Assembly: GCA_046538485.1 (NCBI GenBank)
Contig: JBKHIT010000007.1
Span: 1 to 64,000, forward strand
Origin: Candidatus Brocadiia bacterium
GTDB taxonomy: Bacteria; Planctomycetota; Brocadiia; SM23-32
DNA length: 64,000 nucleotides
Reading direction: 5' to 3'
Of the stretch, positions 28,217 to 39,519 are shown in pieces. How positions within the stretch are numbered: the stretch's first letter is position 1; the number at the start of each line of letters is the position of its first letter. The notes under the pieces are model-generated. The model saw nothing but the letters and a program-made list of their open reading frames with translations, searched no databases and was not told the origin of the DNA. The position numbers and the translations under genes were made by a program.

Positions 28217-31099
28217 TCATTCACGCGAAAAAAGGTCCAGCGGTAAGTTGACACCAGAAGATTTCAATTTTTGCAGGAATCGAGGTTGAACCCCGGTTGC
28301 GACAAACTCTCCGAGCACTTTACCGTTCTCACCAATGCCCTCTCTATCAAAGAGGAATATATCTTGCATGGTGACCTGATCGCCTTCCATCCCGAGCACT
28401 TCGGATATACATGTCTGTTTTCTTGTCCCATCGGAGAATCGGTTACCCTGCACGATCAAGTCAATGGCGCTGGCGATTTGTTTACGCATTGCTTTCTGAG
28501 GGAGGTCAAGCCCGCCCATTGCAACAAGGTTTTCCAGTCGGCTGATCGCGTCACGTGGGGTATTTGCGTGGATAGTTGACATGGAACCTTCGTGGCCGGT
28601 GTTCATGGCCTGTAACATATCCAGAGCTTCTTCTCCACGCACCTCACCCAGGATGATACGGTCCGCGCGCATACGCAAAGCGTTCCGGAGCAGGTCATAA
28701 GGGGTGATTTCACCTTTTCCTTCGATGTTGGGTGGTCGTGTCTCGAGACGAACGACATGAGGTTTCTGCAGCTGCAATTCGGCACTATCCTCAATTGTAA
28801 CGATTCTCTCGTGTTGAGGAATAAATCCACTGAGAATGTTGAGCAGGGTTGTTTTACCGGCACCGGTTCCACCGCTGATAAGTATATTCAAGCCCGCACT
28901 AACGCATGCTTCCAGCAGGGTTGCCATTTCTCGGCTCATGGAATTGAACTTATCAACCAGGTCGGAGACGCTCAGAGCGTCCGTTTTAAACTTACGGATA
29001 GAGACCGAGGGATAGTCAATAGCCAGCGGCGGGATAATGACGTTGACACGGGAGCCGTCCGGCAATCGCGCATCGCACATGGGGCTTCCTTCATCGACAT
29101 GACGGCCGACCGTGGTGACGATTCTGTCGATTACGTGCATAACATGTTCGTTATCGTTGAATTCGACGTCGGTAAGATGAAGTTTTCCGCTTACTTCGAC
29201 GTAAGTCTGTTTTGCTCCGTTAACCAGTATATCGCTGACTTCGGGGTCTTCCAGCAGGGGTTCAAGGGGGCCGAAGCCCATCATTTCATCGGTAATATCT
29301 TTGAGCAGCTGCTGGCGTTCGTTGCGATTGAGGTTTAGAGCTGTTTCTTTCAGGAGTTTTTTCGCTGCGGAAGAGATATGAGATTCCATCCGATCTTCTT
29401 CCAACTCGGTGAGGGCTGTGGGGTCCATTTCGTCATAGAGTCTTTGTTGAAGGTCGTTTTTAACCTCATTATAGCGCTCAGCTTTCATTGCGACCGACCT
29501 GCGGTCGATATGATAAGTGACGGGGTTCTTCTGTTTTTCGTCTCCTTCCAGACTTGAGCGGGCCTTTGCCAGCATATCTGGTTTATGTTCCGCTGTTTCT
29601 TCGGACAGGAAAATAGCTCCGGGCACTTCAATTCCCGAGGCTTTAAGTCGCATTTGGAAACGGGGCTGAACACCGGTGGAGATGTGCCGCCCCTGGACTT
29701 TGTTATTTTCCGTGAGGCCTTCTTTCTTGTAGTTAAAAATATCTTGCATCGTAACGGTATCGCCTTCCAGGCCGAGCACTTCGGAAAAGGCGGTAAGTTT
29801 CCGGCTACCGTCGGCCATGCGGTCAATCTGGATCACAATATCGATAGCGCTGGCGATTTGCTTCCGCATGGCTTTTTGTGGCAGTTCCACGCCTCCCATA
29901 GAGATCATCGTTTCAATTCTGCTCAGGGCATCGCGCGGAGTATTAGCGTGGATCGTACACATAGAACCTTCGTGGCCGGTATTCATGGCCTGCAGCATGT
30001 CGAGAGCTTCAGCGCCACGGACCTCACCAAGAATGATACGTTCGGGTCGCATACGGAGGGCATTCTTAACCAGATCGTACGGCCCAACCTCACCTTCACC
30101 CTCAATATTTGGGGGCCGTGTTTCGAGACGCACGACGTGGGGTTGCTGTAGCTGCAGCTCGGCACTATCTTCAATGGTAACAATTCGTTCGTCCGGGGGA
30201 ATGAAACTACTCATAATATTCAGGAGCGTCGTTTTCCCGGCGCCACCACCACCGCTGATCAGACAATTCATTCTTGCTTTAACAACGGCTTCGAGGACAA
30301 GAGCTATTTCATCGGTCAGGGTTTGGAAGTCGTTGACAAGTTCTTTGACCCCGAGCACGTCTGTGCGGAATTTGCGGATTGACATCGAGGGGTAATCGAT
30401 AGCCAATGGGGGTATAATCGCGTTTACACGTGAGCCGTCCGGCATGCGTGCATCGCACATCGGGCTTCCTTCATCGATACGGCGGTTAACCTCCCGCACA
30501 ATTCGATCCATGACTTGCATTAAATGATCGTCATTACGGAACCGCGCATCGGTCAGTTCCAATAGCCCCCCACGCTCGACATAAATTACTTTAGCTCCAT
30601 TGACCAGGATATCGCTGACGCTCGGGTCTTCCAACAGTGGTTCAAGTGGACCGTAGCCGAGCATATCATCCACGATATCTTTGACGAATTGCTCGCGTTC
30701 TCGGCGATTTAAGCTGATATCTTCTTCCTGCAGTAAAGAATCAGCCTGTTTGCGCACCTGGCCTTCTACTTGTTTTCTTGGAAGTTCCCCCAGAGCGCTC
30801 GGATCAAGAATCTCATAGAGATTATCCATTATTCGTTTCTGGAGATCGTCGCATTCTTCCCGGGGCAGAGAAATCGGTTCGCGATCGACGTAGTAGGTCG
30901 GATCGGGGAGCGGAATGTCACGCGGACCGAAATGCACTTCCCGCTGTTGGGGTTCTTTTCGCCGCGCCTTTTTTTTGGTCTTTGTTTTAGTTTTGCGCAG
31001 TCCCTGGAGATCTTCCTGTTCTTCTTCTTCTTCGACCTCCTGTTCTTCATCCTGCGTTTTTGCCCGGAGTTCTGCAATTCGATCTTTTAAGCTTGACAT
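28217..31099 (-). CDS. cpaF: CpaF/TadA pilus assembly ATPase with two tandem ATPase domains
   Basis: [10 protein letters not shown], DARx[35 protein letters not shown] each occur twice in one 960-aa ORF. Confidence 0.92.
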   Translation of the reverse strand: MSSLKDRIAELRAKTQDEEQEVEEEEEQEDLQGLRKTKTKTKKKARRKEPQQREVHFGPRDIPLPDPTYYVDREPISLPREECDDLQKRIMDNLYEILDPSALGELPRKQVEGQVRKQADSLLQEEDISLNRREREQFVKDIVDDMLGYGPLEPLLEDPSVSDILVNGAKVIYVERGGLLELTDARFRNDDHLMQVMDRIVREVNRRIDEGSPMCDARMPDGSRVNAIIPPLAIDYPSMSIRKFRTDVLGVKELVNDFQTLTDEIALVLEAVVKARMNCLISGGGGAGKTTLLNIMSSFIPPDERIVTIEDSAELQLQQPHVVRLETRPPNIEGEGEVGPYDLVKNALRMRPERIILGEVRGAEALDMLQAMNTGHEGSMCTIHANTPRDALSRIETMISMGGVELPQKAMRKQIASAIDIVIQIDRMADGSRKLTAFSEVLGLEGDTVTMQDIFNYKKEGLTENNKVQGRHISTGVQPRFQMRLKASGIEVPGAIFLSEETAEHKPDMLAKARSSLEGDEKQKNPVTYHIDRRSVAMKAERYNEVKNDLQQRLYDEMDPTALTELEEDRMESHISSAAKKLLKETALNLNRNERQQLLKDITDEMMGFGPLEPLLEDPEVSDILVNGAKQTYVEVSGKLHLTDVEFNDNEHVMHVIDRIVTTVGRHVDEGSPMCDARLPDGSRVNVIIPPLAIDYPSVSIRKFKTDALSVSDLVDKFNSMSREMATLLEACVSAGLNILISGGTGAGKTTLLNILSGFIPQHERIVTIEDSAELQLQKPHVVRLETRPPNIEGKGEITPYDLLRNALRMRADRIILGEVRGEEALDMLQAMNTGHEGSMSTIHANTPRDAISRLENLVAMGGLDLPQKAMRKQIASAIDLIVQGNRFSDGTRKQTCISEVLGMEGDQVTMQDIFLFDREGIGENGKVLGEFVATGVQPRFLQKLKSSGVNLPLDLFSRE

Positions 31100-31169
31100 C
31101 CTTGTTCCACCACCTTTTTGATAAATTCGACTTTTAGCTCCTCACTACATTTATTATACAACATTTTCG

Positions 31170-32345
31170 TCAGCGTCCGAAGAGGCTGAAGCGTTTTTTT
31201 CGTTTTTGTTTCATCTCTACGCCGGCCATTTCGTGCGCAAGAGCGACAAGCCCGAGTGTTGCTTCGCTTTTTTCGTCGACTTCGCGGAAACTACGGCCGG
31301 AGTTAACAGCGGCAATTGCGAGCGGCGAGTCATAAGGTAGCACCCAATAAAGGGGCAGCTGAAGATGTTCGGAAATTTCCTGAAGGGAAATCTCATCGCT
31401 GTCGTAGTATCGATTAATAATAAGTTTCAGCTGGGATGGTTTGTAATCCAGCTCCGTCAGAGTATCTATGGCCTGTTTGGTGTTATGGATCGAAGGGAGC
31501 ATCATATCACACAGCAAGAACACCTGATCCGCCGCATCCAGTCCGGCCACAGTTATCGCGTTAAGCTTATGGGGTAAGTCGAGAAGCACATGTTCATAAA
31601 GATCGTCACAGATCTGCAGAACCCCCATCAGACTGGCTGGGTCCACCTCTTCCATATCATCGACTTCCAGGGGACAGGGCAAAACATCCAGACCGCTCTG
31701 GTGTCGGCTCATGTAGTTTTCCATAAGGGCGGGGTCCATCCGGTCGATGTCCACGCAGGCGTCAGCTACTGAATGAGAAAACTCGCGGATATCAAGCATA
31801 AGGGCGACATTTCCGAACTGTGTGTTAAGATCCAGGAGGCAGGCGGGGCGTTCGGCCGTCGATATCTCGGCGATTACGACACCGAGATTGGAGGCTATCG
31901 TTGTGTTCCCAGTACCCCCCGTGGCGCTGTAGATGGCCGTGGTCTGCCCTCTGGTGCGGTCAACGATTCCTTTTTTGCGGTAGAGACGGTCGAGAGCGTC
32001 AGCGAGTTCTTTGCTGTCGATAGGGAACTCAAGGAATTCGTCGCAGCCTGCGCGCATACAGGCCACCAGAAGCTCCTGAGAAGGTTGCTGACTGACCACG
32101 ACAATGCCAGGGTCGAGTTCGTCCATCGATTCTATCGATGTAATTGTTCGCAGGGTAGGGTCGCCCGGTGCGTCGACACCCACAACGACTATTGCAGCCT
32201 CTTCTTCTTTGACCCGTTCGGTAGCGCGGCGTAGATCCGTGACGGGCAGCAGGCTCAGTTCGGGGTCCTGTTCCTTGAATGCATCAATAATATTTTCGCA
32301 GTGTTGTTCATTTGGATGGCAGACGCATATACGGATGTTCGGCAT
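31170..32345 (-). CDS. cpaE: CpaE/TadZ (receiver-like plus MinD/ParA-like domain)
   Basis: ACMRAGCDEFL, ATGGTGNTTIASNL, LDLNTQFG; position in tad cluster. Confidence 0.85.
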   Translation of the reverse strand: MPNIRICVCHPNEQHCENIIDAFKEQDPELSLLPVTDLRRATERVKEEEAAIVVVGVDAPGDPTLRTITSIESMDELDPGIVVVSQQPSQELLVACMRAGCDEFLEFPIDSKELADALDRLYRKKGIVDRTRGQTTAIYSATGGTGNTTIASNLGVVIAEISTAERPACLLDLNTQFGNVALMLDIREFSHSVADACVDIDRMDPALMENYMSRHQSGLDVLPCPLEVDDMEEVDPASLMGVLQICDDLYEHVLLDLPHKLNAITVAGLDAADQVFLLCDMMLPSIHNTKQAIDTLTELDYKPSQLKLIINRYYDSDEISLQEISEHLQLPLYWVLPYDSPLAIAAVNSGRSFREVDEKSEATLGLVALAHEMAGVEMKQKRKKRFSLFGR

Positions 32346-32363
32346 AGAGTCTCCTCCGCTTGG

Positions 32364-34622
32364 CTATTTTCTTAGCCAGCCTTTTTTCTTCAACTCTTCT
32401 TCTGCTTCTTCCACGACTGGATGTTCGGGGTATTTGTCTTTCATTTTTTTATAATATTCCAACGCTTTTTCTTTGTTATTATCGTCGATGTAGTAGTTCA
32501 GACGCATCTTCGGGTTTTTGAGCCACTGTTCGATGCTTGTAATTTCATGCCTGGCGTTGGCTTTTTGAACTTCTGGCGCCATTAAACCGGCACTTGGTTT
32601 GTAGCCACTATATTCCTCAGTGAGTTTTTCGAGCAGTTTCTCCACGCCTTTAACGTCCCCTTTGTTGAGAGCCTTTTCGATATCTTCAGCCAGTTCCTTA
32701 TAGGCTTTTTCTCTTTTATGCTGTTCAATTTGTTTCTTTGCTTTTTCGGCCAACGAGTTGCTTTCTTTCAGGAGATCTTTCTGTTCGGGGAACTGCTTTT
32801 TAAGCTCCTCATGAAGCTGGATTACTCGTGAGTTATTGCCGGCGTCAAAGGCTTTTTGCATTTCGGATAGTTTGTGTCTGGCGATTTTCTGTTTACACTC
32901 TGCAGCGCTTCTTTTTGCGTCTTTGGCAATTTTAGGCGCGTATTGCTTGTACTGTTCACTGACCTTTTTGAAGGTTCGCAGAGCCATTTGGAGAGCCCCG
33001 TCTTCCTGCATTTCCTTCGCATCGGCCAGCATTTCTTGCGCTTCTTGTTTTTTCAGTTTCTTCTTTGATCGAACGGCGTACGCTTCCGTGCCTGAATTCC
33101 AGATCATTATGTTACCGTCGTCCCCTCCTGTCGCAACGTAAGCCCCGTCTGCAGAGAATGCGGCACATGTAAGGGCTTTTTTGTGGGCCTGGAGGGTAAA
33201 AATGGCGCGCGCCTGCGGCACCAGCCATATTTTTGCCGTTTTATCGGTGCTGGCAGTGAGGACTCTGGCGCCTGTTGGGGCGAAGGCGACCGCGCTGATT
33301 GCGCCTTCATGTCCGCCAAGTTTAACGGCACTGGTTGCTTCTGCAATATTCCATATCTTGGCGACTTTGTCGGCGCTCCCTGTCAACAGACGTTTGCCTT
33401 CGGGAGAATATGCGGCGGAGAGCACAGGTCCCAAATGCCCCCTCAGAGTCTTGATCTCTGTGCCGCTCTGAGTATCCCAGACTTTGACGGTTTTGTCTTC
33501 ACTCGTTGTGCAGATTTGATCGCCGTCGGGCGAGAAACACACACATTTGACCGCCGCCGAGTGTCCTTTCAGCACTCGGGTTTGTTCTCCAGTTTGACTA
33601 TCCCAGATCCGAGCCGTGTTATCGGCACTACCGGTCACTACTTTTGCTTCGGTCGGAGAGAATGCTACCGAGTAAATGGCGCCTTCGTGCCCGCTACATG
33701 TAACTTGTTTTGCCCATCCCCAGAGTTTCACAGTTTTATCTGTACTTCCGGTCGCGACACGCATGCCGTCCGGTGAAAAAGCAACCGTGGTAACGGCTCC
33801 GCCATGCCCCGAGAGAACGTAAAGGAGTTCACCTGTGTGTGGATCGCGAGCTCTTGCATTTCCGTCGCAATTGCCGATCAAAAGTTGTGAACCGTTCGGC
33901 GCGAAAGCGAGAGCTGTGATAGCTCTTTTTTCCGGCGAGTGGAACGTGCGCAACGGCACTTCTATACGCTCGAGAACTTGCTTCTCTGCCAGAGGGCGAA
34001 CTGACAACTTCCCAGAATTTTTGGCCTGCATAACTTTTTCCTGCAGGCCGACAGGGAAACGGAGATAAAGGCGGTGTTTATATTCTTTACCTCCATCATC
34101 CGTGAGTGCGGCAGGTGGTTTCCCTACGGAGAGGACCCGAACATTTTTGAGCAACGGTTCCCGGTCCCACCCCGACTGTATTTTTGCAATGTCCACGCGG
34201 TCACCGGCTTTAATCCCCTGGATTTCCTGGGGGCCAAAATCGAAATGTTCCACGATCACGCCCGGAGGAAGGATATCTTCTTTGTGGACGAGCGCTGCCT
34301 CGAAAATCGGTTGCCCCGCGTGCATTGACTCTCGCACAAAATGCCCTTTATCTTTGATCGGATCCGCCGAACTGATCGACTTCTTGGGGACGAATTTTTT
34401 GGGCCAATCTTTAAATCGTGCGTTGGCGTTTTTGCGATCTTCCTCGTGAAGCACAAGTTTCTCGCCGTAGCCGATATCTTTTGTGGCGACAAGAACTTTC
34501 TTCGTTACGATGGTCGGTTTTTCGACGGGTTCTTCGCTCAACAAAAACTTCTTGGCAAGCAAAACAGCACCAACCGCGCAGACCAGACCGGCTACAAGGT
34601 AAATCACAGCCCTTCTGTCCAT
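32364..34622 (-). CDS. cpaB: CpaB/RcpC (SAF domain) fused to 7 WD40 repeats and a helical C-terminus
   Basis: N-terminal TM, VLVATKDI, DWP, IKAGDRVDI, LLKNVRVLSV; seven GH..AFSP..WD-type repeats at ~33095-33930. Confidence 0.8.
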   Translation of the reverse strand: MDRRAVIYLVAGLVCAVGAVLLAKKFLLSEEPVEKPTIVTKKVLVATKDIGYGEKLVLHEEDRKNANARFKDWPKKFVPKKSISSADPIKDKGHFVRESMHAGQPIFEAALVHKEDILPPGVIVEHFDFGPQEIQGIKAGDRVDIAKIQSGWDREPLLKNVRVLSVGKPPAALTDDGGKEYKHRLYLRFPVGLQEKVMQAKNSGKLSVRPLAEKQVLERIEVPLRTFHSPEKRAITALAFAPNGSQLLIGNCDGNARARDPHTGELLYVLSGHGGAVTTVAFSPDGMRVATGSTDKTVKLWGWAKQVTCSGHEGAIYSVAFSPTEAKVVTGSADNTARIWDSQTGEQTRVLKGHSAAVKCVCFSPDGDQICTTSEDKTVKVWDTQSGTEIKTLRGHLGPVLSAAYSPEGKRLLTGSADKVAKIWNIAEATSAVKLGGHEGAISAVAFAPTGARVLTASTDKTAKIWLVPQARAIFTLQAHKKALTCAAFSADGAYVATGGDDGNIMIWNSGTEAYAVRSKKKLKKQEAQEMLADAKEMQEDGALQMALRTFKKVSEQYKQYAPKIAKDAKRSAAECKQKIARHKLSEMQKAFDAGNNSRVIQLHEELKKQFPEQKDLLKESNSLAEKAKKQIEQHKREKAYKELAEDIEKALNKGDVKGVEKLLEKLTEEYSGYKPSAGLMAPEVQKANARHEITSIEQWLKNPKMRLNYYIDDNNKEKALEYYKKMKDKYPEHPVVEEAEEELKKKGWLRK

Positions 34623-34746
34623 GAGTCAAATCCCTCTTGTCAAAGTTGCAAACGAATTACCTGAAAACAAAATCCTAACCTTGACCCGGGATAGTGGCGT
34701 TTGAACGCCTTGCCGGATACGTTGAATAAGCACGCTGGACAGTTTA

Positions 34747-35205
34747 TCACTCATGCCGGAAAACGCAAGTCGAGTGGAGATTCAGCGTGCCACTTACGCC
34801 AGGTATGAGAGTCCCGGTTACCACTTCAAAATTGTGTTCAACTCTTACATAAATCCGATCTCCTTGCTGGGCATCGCTAAGCCCGCCGGCGCGCGCATTC
34901 CCGCCCGGAACGGTTTCTCCGGGGGGGTAGACGTGTACGACAACATTGCAAGTGTCGGTATCAATACCGGCCGCGTTTAAAAAATCGTTGACCGCAGCAT
35001 CGACTTCGCTTTCTGTGCTGTTCGGCATGGAACCCACCCGAGCCCCTTCCCGAGCCGCATTTGTCAAAAGATGTATTCGGAAATAGACGATCCCAAGTTC
35101 TATTCCACCAAACAGCAGAAGCATAAAGATCGGCAAAACCAGTGCGAATTCAACAACAGCTTGGCCTTGTCGTTTCGATCGCTTTACTGTTCCACAGCTT
35201 TTCAT
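34747..35205 (-). CDS. tadE: TadE/TadG-like pseudopilin
   Basis: GQAVVEFALVLP, NAAREGARVG; ATG 35205 after gaggtgg. Confidence 0.88.
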   Translation of the reverse strand: MKSCGTVKRSKRQGQAVVEFALVLPIFMLLLFGGIELGIVYFRIHLLTNAAREGARVGSMPNSTESEVDAAVNDFLNAAGIDTDTCNVVVHVYPPGETVPGGNARAGGLSDAQQGDRIYVRVEHNFEVVTGTLIPGVSGTLNLHSTCVFRHE

Positions 35206-35589
35206 ACCCCACCTCTTTTCTCTTGCCTTGAAGGATAAGATGCCTCGATGCAGCCCTTTCTTACCTTTGAACTCAAAAGCGCTTCCACATAAGAGACATC
35301 CTCCAAAACACCAGGTCATCTAATCTATCGCAAGTCCTTATTCTAATATATTTAGAACCATCAGAATAAAATGTTATTCCTTATGGTCTTGCATATCCAT
35401 GCACACTCTTTCCAAAATCCACTTGTAATATATCCCACGAACGGAGGTACTGCAACTGTTTTTTGGCATAATTGAAGTTCAAAATCAATGAAATCTTGAC
35501 ACCAACGGCACGGTTGCCCGGCATTATGCACTCTGCTAAAGTGAAGAAGTCAGGAAAAACTATTTCTGCCCATTTGAGGAATTGACCCT

Positions 35590-36381
35590 ATGCACGAAGC
35601 CGATACGGTTAAATTTCTCGGCACAGCCGGAGCCCGTTTTGTAATGGCGAAACAAATTCGCTATTCAGCAGGAACGTTTCTCAGGCTCAGAGATACGTCA
35701 ATTATGCTCGACCCAGGTCCCGGCACGCTGACTCGATGCGCAAAAGCGAAGCCAAAAGTCGACCCTGAGAGTCTGGATGCGATTATTGTTACCCACGCCC
35801 ATATCGATCATTCGAACGATTTGAATGTGCTTATCGATGCCATGACCCGGGGCGGATGGCAGAAACGGGGAACGGTTTTTGCACCACAGGAGTGTTTGAA
35901 AGGCTCGGAACGCGTGCTGCTGAATTATCTCCGCGATTTTCCAAATAAGATAGTTTCTCTGGAACCAGAGACCGATTATGAAGTGGGCGATGTCCAATTT
36001 TCGACTTCCGTTCGACACCATCATTCCGTGGACACTTACGGAATAAAATTTCACAGGCAGGCTGGAGCACTCTCTTTTCTTGTTGATACTCAGTACTTCG
36101 ATGGATTGGCAGAGGCCTATGAAGGAGCTGATATCCTTATCCTCAATGTTGTGCGGCGGGTGCCCCATTCAAGTGGCAATGTCTTGCATTTGACTCTTGA
36201 ACAGGCAGAAAAGGTCATAGAGCACGTCCGGCCTCGGAAAGCAATTCTAACTCATTTTGGGATGACGATGGTGAAAGCAAAGCCCTGGGAGCTGGCCGAT
36301 GAAATGGCCCAGAAAACGGGGATTGAGGTGAAAGCTGCCAGCGATGGTATGATGATGGAATTGGACGAAGAGCAAGATTGA
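35590..36381 (+). CDS. MBL-fold metallo-hydrolase
   Basis: FLGTAG, LDPGPG, THAHIDH, LTHFG. Confidence 0.88.
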   Translation: MHEADTVKFLGTAGARFVMAKQIRYSAGTFLRLRDTSIMLDPGPGTLTRCAKAKPKVDPESLDAIIVTHAHIDHSNDLNVLIDAMTRGGWQKRGTVFAPQECLKGSERVLLNYLRDFPNKIVSLEPETDYEVGDVQFSTSVRHHHSVDTYGIKFHRQAGALSFLVDTQYFDGLAEAYEGADILILNVVRRVPHSSGNVLHLTLEQAEKVIEHVRPRKAILTHFGMTMVKAKPWELADEMAQKTGIEVKAASDGMMMELDEEQD

Positions 36382-36562
36382 GTGTGATAAGAAGGAGGTT
36401 AAAGTTCTTAACGACTTCGCCTACGACGGTTTTCTCAGCGGAGAATGGATCAACTGGGAACCCTACGAACAATACCTCCCACGTGAGATCGAGACTCTGA
36501 GAAAGTACGAAGCTGAAATCGTTTGAAAGGGGCCGCCCCGGGTTTCAGCTACCGGAGGAGAC

Positions 36563-37339
36563 ATGCGACGAATTGCAGTAAAACTCGAATACGACGGGAC
36601 GAATTTTTGCGGTTGGCAACTCCAGGCGGATGTTCGAACAGTGCAGGGAGTGCTTGAAGAGGCAGCACGTAACGCCACAGGTATTGAAGAACGGGTTTTA
36701 GTTGAGGGCGCTGGCCGAACAGACGCGGGAGTCCACGCGGCCGGGCAGGTCGCTCACTTCGATACTGAGAGTGATCTGGACACAGCAGTGATGGGACGAG
36801 CCCTAGATAATTGGTTGCCCCGCGATGTCGGTGTCTTAGCTTGCGCGCAGACTGACAAATCGTTTCACGCCCGCTTTTCCGCTTCCGGCAAACATTATTG
36901 TTACCGGATCATCCGGTCTCAACGGACACGACCACTCTGGGAACGGTATTACCTTCGGGTATGGGAAAAACTCAAAGTAGAGCCGATGCGCGAATGCGCG
37001 GGATACGTTGTCGGAACACACGACTTCGCCAGTTTCACAAGCGCCGGGTCGGAAGTGGAAAACACGGTTCGAACGATGCACAGTTGTAAATGGCAGAAGG
37101 ATGGAGAGAATCTGCTGTTCGACATTATAGGGGAGGGATTTACCTACAATATGGTTCGTGCATTGGTGGGAACAATGCTGGAAGTGGGGCGCGAAAAATG
37201 GACATTCGAAGAATTCAAGGAAGTCCTTGAAGCGGGGGACCGCCGACAGGCTGGCCCCACAGCTCCCTCAAACGGTCTAATTTTGAGAGAAGTTCTCTAT
37301 CCGGAAGATGTGGAACCGTTTACGGAGCACCCGAGCTGA
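36563..37339 (+). CDS. truA: tRNA pseudouridine(38-40) synthase
   Basis: YDGTNFCGWQ, GRTDAGVHA, FHARFSA, YNMVR. Confidence 0.96.
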   Translation: MRRIAVKLEYDGTNFCGWQLQADVRTVQGVLEEAARNATGIEERVLVEGAGRTDAGVHAAGQVAHFDTESDLDTAVMGRALDNWLPRDVGVLACAQTDKSFHARFSASGKHYCYRIIRSQRTRPLWERYYLRVWEKLKVEPMRECAGYVVGTHDFASFTSAGSEVENTVRTMHSCKWQKDGENLLFDIIGEGFTYNMVRALVGTMLEVGREKWTFEEFKEVLEAGDRRQAGPTAPSNGLILREVLYPEDVEPFTEHPS

Positions 37340-37857
37340 GCAGCGATGTGTTGACTGAGTTCTCTGGCCTCTTTGTAATTTTCAATTTGAAAGAGGGGAA
37401 GCTGTTCATCGGTAGTTTTCAAAGTAACGACAGGGAAACTATCCAGCTTGTTTTCCCGTCCCGAGGCATGGAACTGTACTTTCACCGTTACCAGTTCGTC
37501 CTTTGTCCATTGGCGCGTTCGGATAGGGATTCTCAGCAGCTTTTCCACGGAGATCACGCGGTTCCTGTCGAAATCGAGCTGCGTTTCGGAATCGTACGTG
37601 TAGAGCACAAATCCTGCGAGAAGCAGGCCGAACGAGGGAAATGTAATGAAAGTGATGAATGCGGGCAGGGTCTTAGGGCTGACGTCCGCGGTGACGGAGA
37701 CGATTACACCGGCACCGGCGACGATTGCGATAAGCAGGGCAACGGGGCGAGAAAAACTTGAGCGGCACTCCAGACGGTCCCGTTCCAGCGAAATCAGGTT
37801 ATGATGCACCAAGCGCATTTCTTGGCCCTTATTTGACCCAAAAAGTGTATCATACAT
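37297..37857 (-). CDS. Hypothetical two-TM membrane protein
   Basis: 186-aa ORF with two hydrophobic helices; converges on and overlaps truA by 43 bp. Confidence 0.55.
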   Translation of the reverse strand: MYDTLFGSNKGQEMRLVHHNLISLERDRLECRSSFSRPVALLIAIVAGAGVIVSVTADVSPKTLPAFITFITFPSFGLLLAGFVLYTYDSETQLDFDRNRVISVEKLLRIPIRTRQWTKDELVTVKVQFHASGRENKLDSFPVVTLKTTDEQLPLFQIENYKEARELSQHIAAQLGCSVNGSTSSG

Positions 37858-37985
37858 CAGCCTGTCCTGTATGCCAACTTAGCCGGTCAACTTATTCTCT
37901 ATGATTGAAACCTGGGCCGGGTTTAACTACACTGAAAAATGCTTGCAAGCTGTTATTCGAAGGTGGATTCATTCCGGAGAGTGCG

Positions 37986-38492
37986 ATGGATTTTTTCGAG
38001 ACGGTGAAGGCGAGGGCAAGCGTGCGCTCCTTCGAACCCTGCAATATTTCGGAGGAGGAACTTCTGCAGATCGTCGATGCTGGCCGCCGCGCCCCTTCTG
38101 GTTATAATCGCCAGCCATGTGAATATGTCCTGATTCAGGACGAAAATACTCTGGACAAATTGGATAAAATCCAGGGGTGCCTGGCGGAAGCGTCGGCGGC
38201 TATCGCCGTTGTGGTGGACGAGTCGGCGACCAAGTTCTGGAAAGAAGATGCGTCTGCAGCGATTGAAAATATGCTTCTTGCCGCTGTGTCTATTGGTTAT
38301 TGTTCTTTGTGGATTGAAGGTTATGTGCTGAGGCATGAAGAGTTTGGGAAAAGTGTTCTTGGTGTGCCAGAAGATCGTCGATTACTGGCGATTTTGCCGA
38401 TTGGAAAACCGGCCGGGCAACCTCAACAGGCGGAGAAAAAGGGTCTTGATGATATACTGTACAGAGAAAGATACGGAGTGTCGCCGGAATAA
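37986..38492 (+). CDS. Nitroreductase family protein
   Basis: RASVRSF, APSGYNRQP, DASAAIENMLLAA. Confidence 0.9.
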   Translation: MDFFETVKARASVRSFEPCNISEEELLQIVDAGRRAPSGYNRQPCEYVLIQDENTLDKLDKIQGCLAEASAAIAVVVDESATKFWKEDASAAIENMLLAAVSIGYCSLWIEGYVLRHEEFGKSVLGVPEDRRLLAILPIGKPAGQPQQAEKKGLDDILYRERYGVSPE

Positions 38493-38508
38493 TTGTCAAG
38501 GAGCTGAC

Positions 38509-39483
38509 TTGGATTTGGACGGACGAGGACTGGTTTCTTGCAGTTTCCGTAGTTTGCGAATTCTTTTTTCGCTTGTGGTTCTGGCACTGTCTGTTTTTGG
38601 GATGGCAGGTTGCGAAAAAGAGACAGATAAGGAGAAAAAAAGCGCGCAGGAAAAAGTAATATTTTGGAAGGGTAAATACGATGATATCGTGCAGAAGAAT
38701 GAGAAGGCCTACGACGATATAAAAAACTTGAAGACTCAAAATGCTGAGTTGAAAGAACGCGTTGACGCGTTGGAAGAGAAGGTTCAGGAGCAGGCAGGGG
38801 CGGCTGAGATAAGGGAAGAGTTGAAAGCAACGAAGGAAAAAATTGGCGACAAAGACGAGCAAATAGAGCAGCTTCAGGATAAAGTGCTGGAGTTGCAGAA
38901 AGATCTTAAAGAGATGGAAGCGGAAGAAGCCGGATCGGCGAGCGCTGAGGCGCTGAAAAACCTTGAAACAAAAACTGCTGCCACAAGGAAAGATCTCGCG
39001 AAGGTAGGTGAGAAGCTCTTCAGGGAAGAGCGCAATGCAGAGGCGCGATCGGTTCTGGAATCTGCCGTCGCGCTCGGGTTGGAAGATCCGGAATCGCTTT
39101 TCCAGCTCGGCTATGTTTCTGCGGAAGAAGGAGAATACGAAGCGGCAGCGAGATGGTACATGAAAAGCGCTGCAAAGGCCAGAGAGAAGCCGGAAGAGTT
39201 TGCTGAATTGTTGCCGAAAGTGACGAATAATTGCGGCGTCGTTTTGGCGAAAAGCGGGAAGGTAGAAGAAGCGTTGAAATGGTACAAACGTTCCGTTGAT
39301 TACAATGATAAATATGCGCCCGTCTGTTTCAATTTGGCCAGATCCTATCAGGAACATCTGGACGAACCGCGGAAGGCGATCGAGTTTTATCGGCGGCATA
39401 TAGCTCTCAGGGGTCGCCAGAGCATAGCTGCGGAAGAGGCCATCGCAAAGTTACAGAAGAGTCTTGAATCGGAAGGAAATTAA
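38509..39483 (+). CDS. Lipoprotein with coiled coil and TPR repeats
   Basis: TTG after aaggag; lipobox MAGC; TPR-like LFQLGY, NNCGVVL, FNLARSY. Confidence 0.75.
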   Translation: MDLDGRGLVSCSFRSLRILFSLVVLALSVFGMAGCEKETDKEKKSAQEKVIFWKGKYDDIVQKNEKAYDDIKNLKTQNAELKERVDALEEKVQEQAGAAEIREELKATKEKIGDKDEQIEQLQDKVLELQKDLKEMEAEEAGSASAEALKNLETKTAATRKDLAKVGEKLFREERNAEARSVLESAVALGLEDPESLFQLGYVSAEEGEYEAAARWYMKSAAKAREKPEEFAELLPKVTNNCGVVLAKSGKVEEALKWYKRSVDYNDKYAPVCFNLARSYQEHLDEPRKAIEFYRRHIALRGRQSIAAEEAIAKLQKSLESEGN

Positions 39484-39519
39484 TCGGGCAAGCAAAACTC
39501 GGACTCTTTACTCGGGGTG

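Noticed and set aside
38290..39399. 369-aa minus-strand ORF
   Set aside because: Antisense shadow of the TPR lipoprotein
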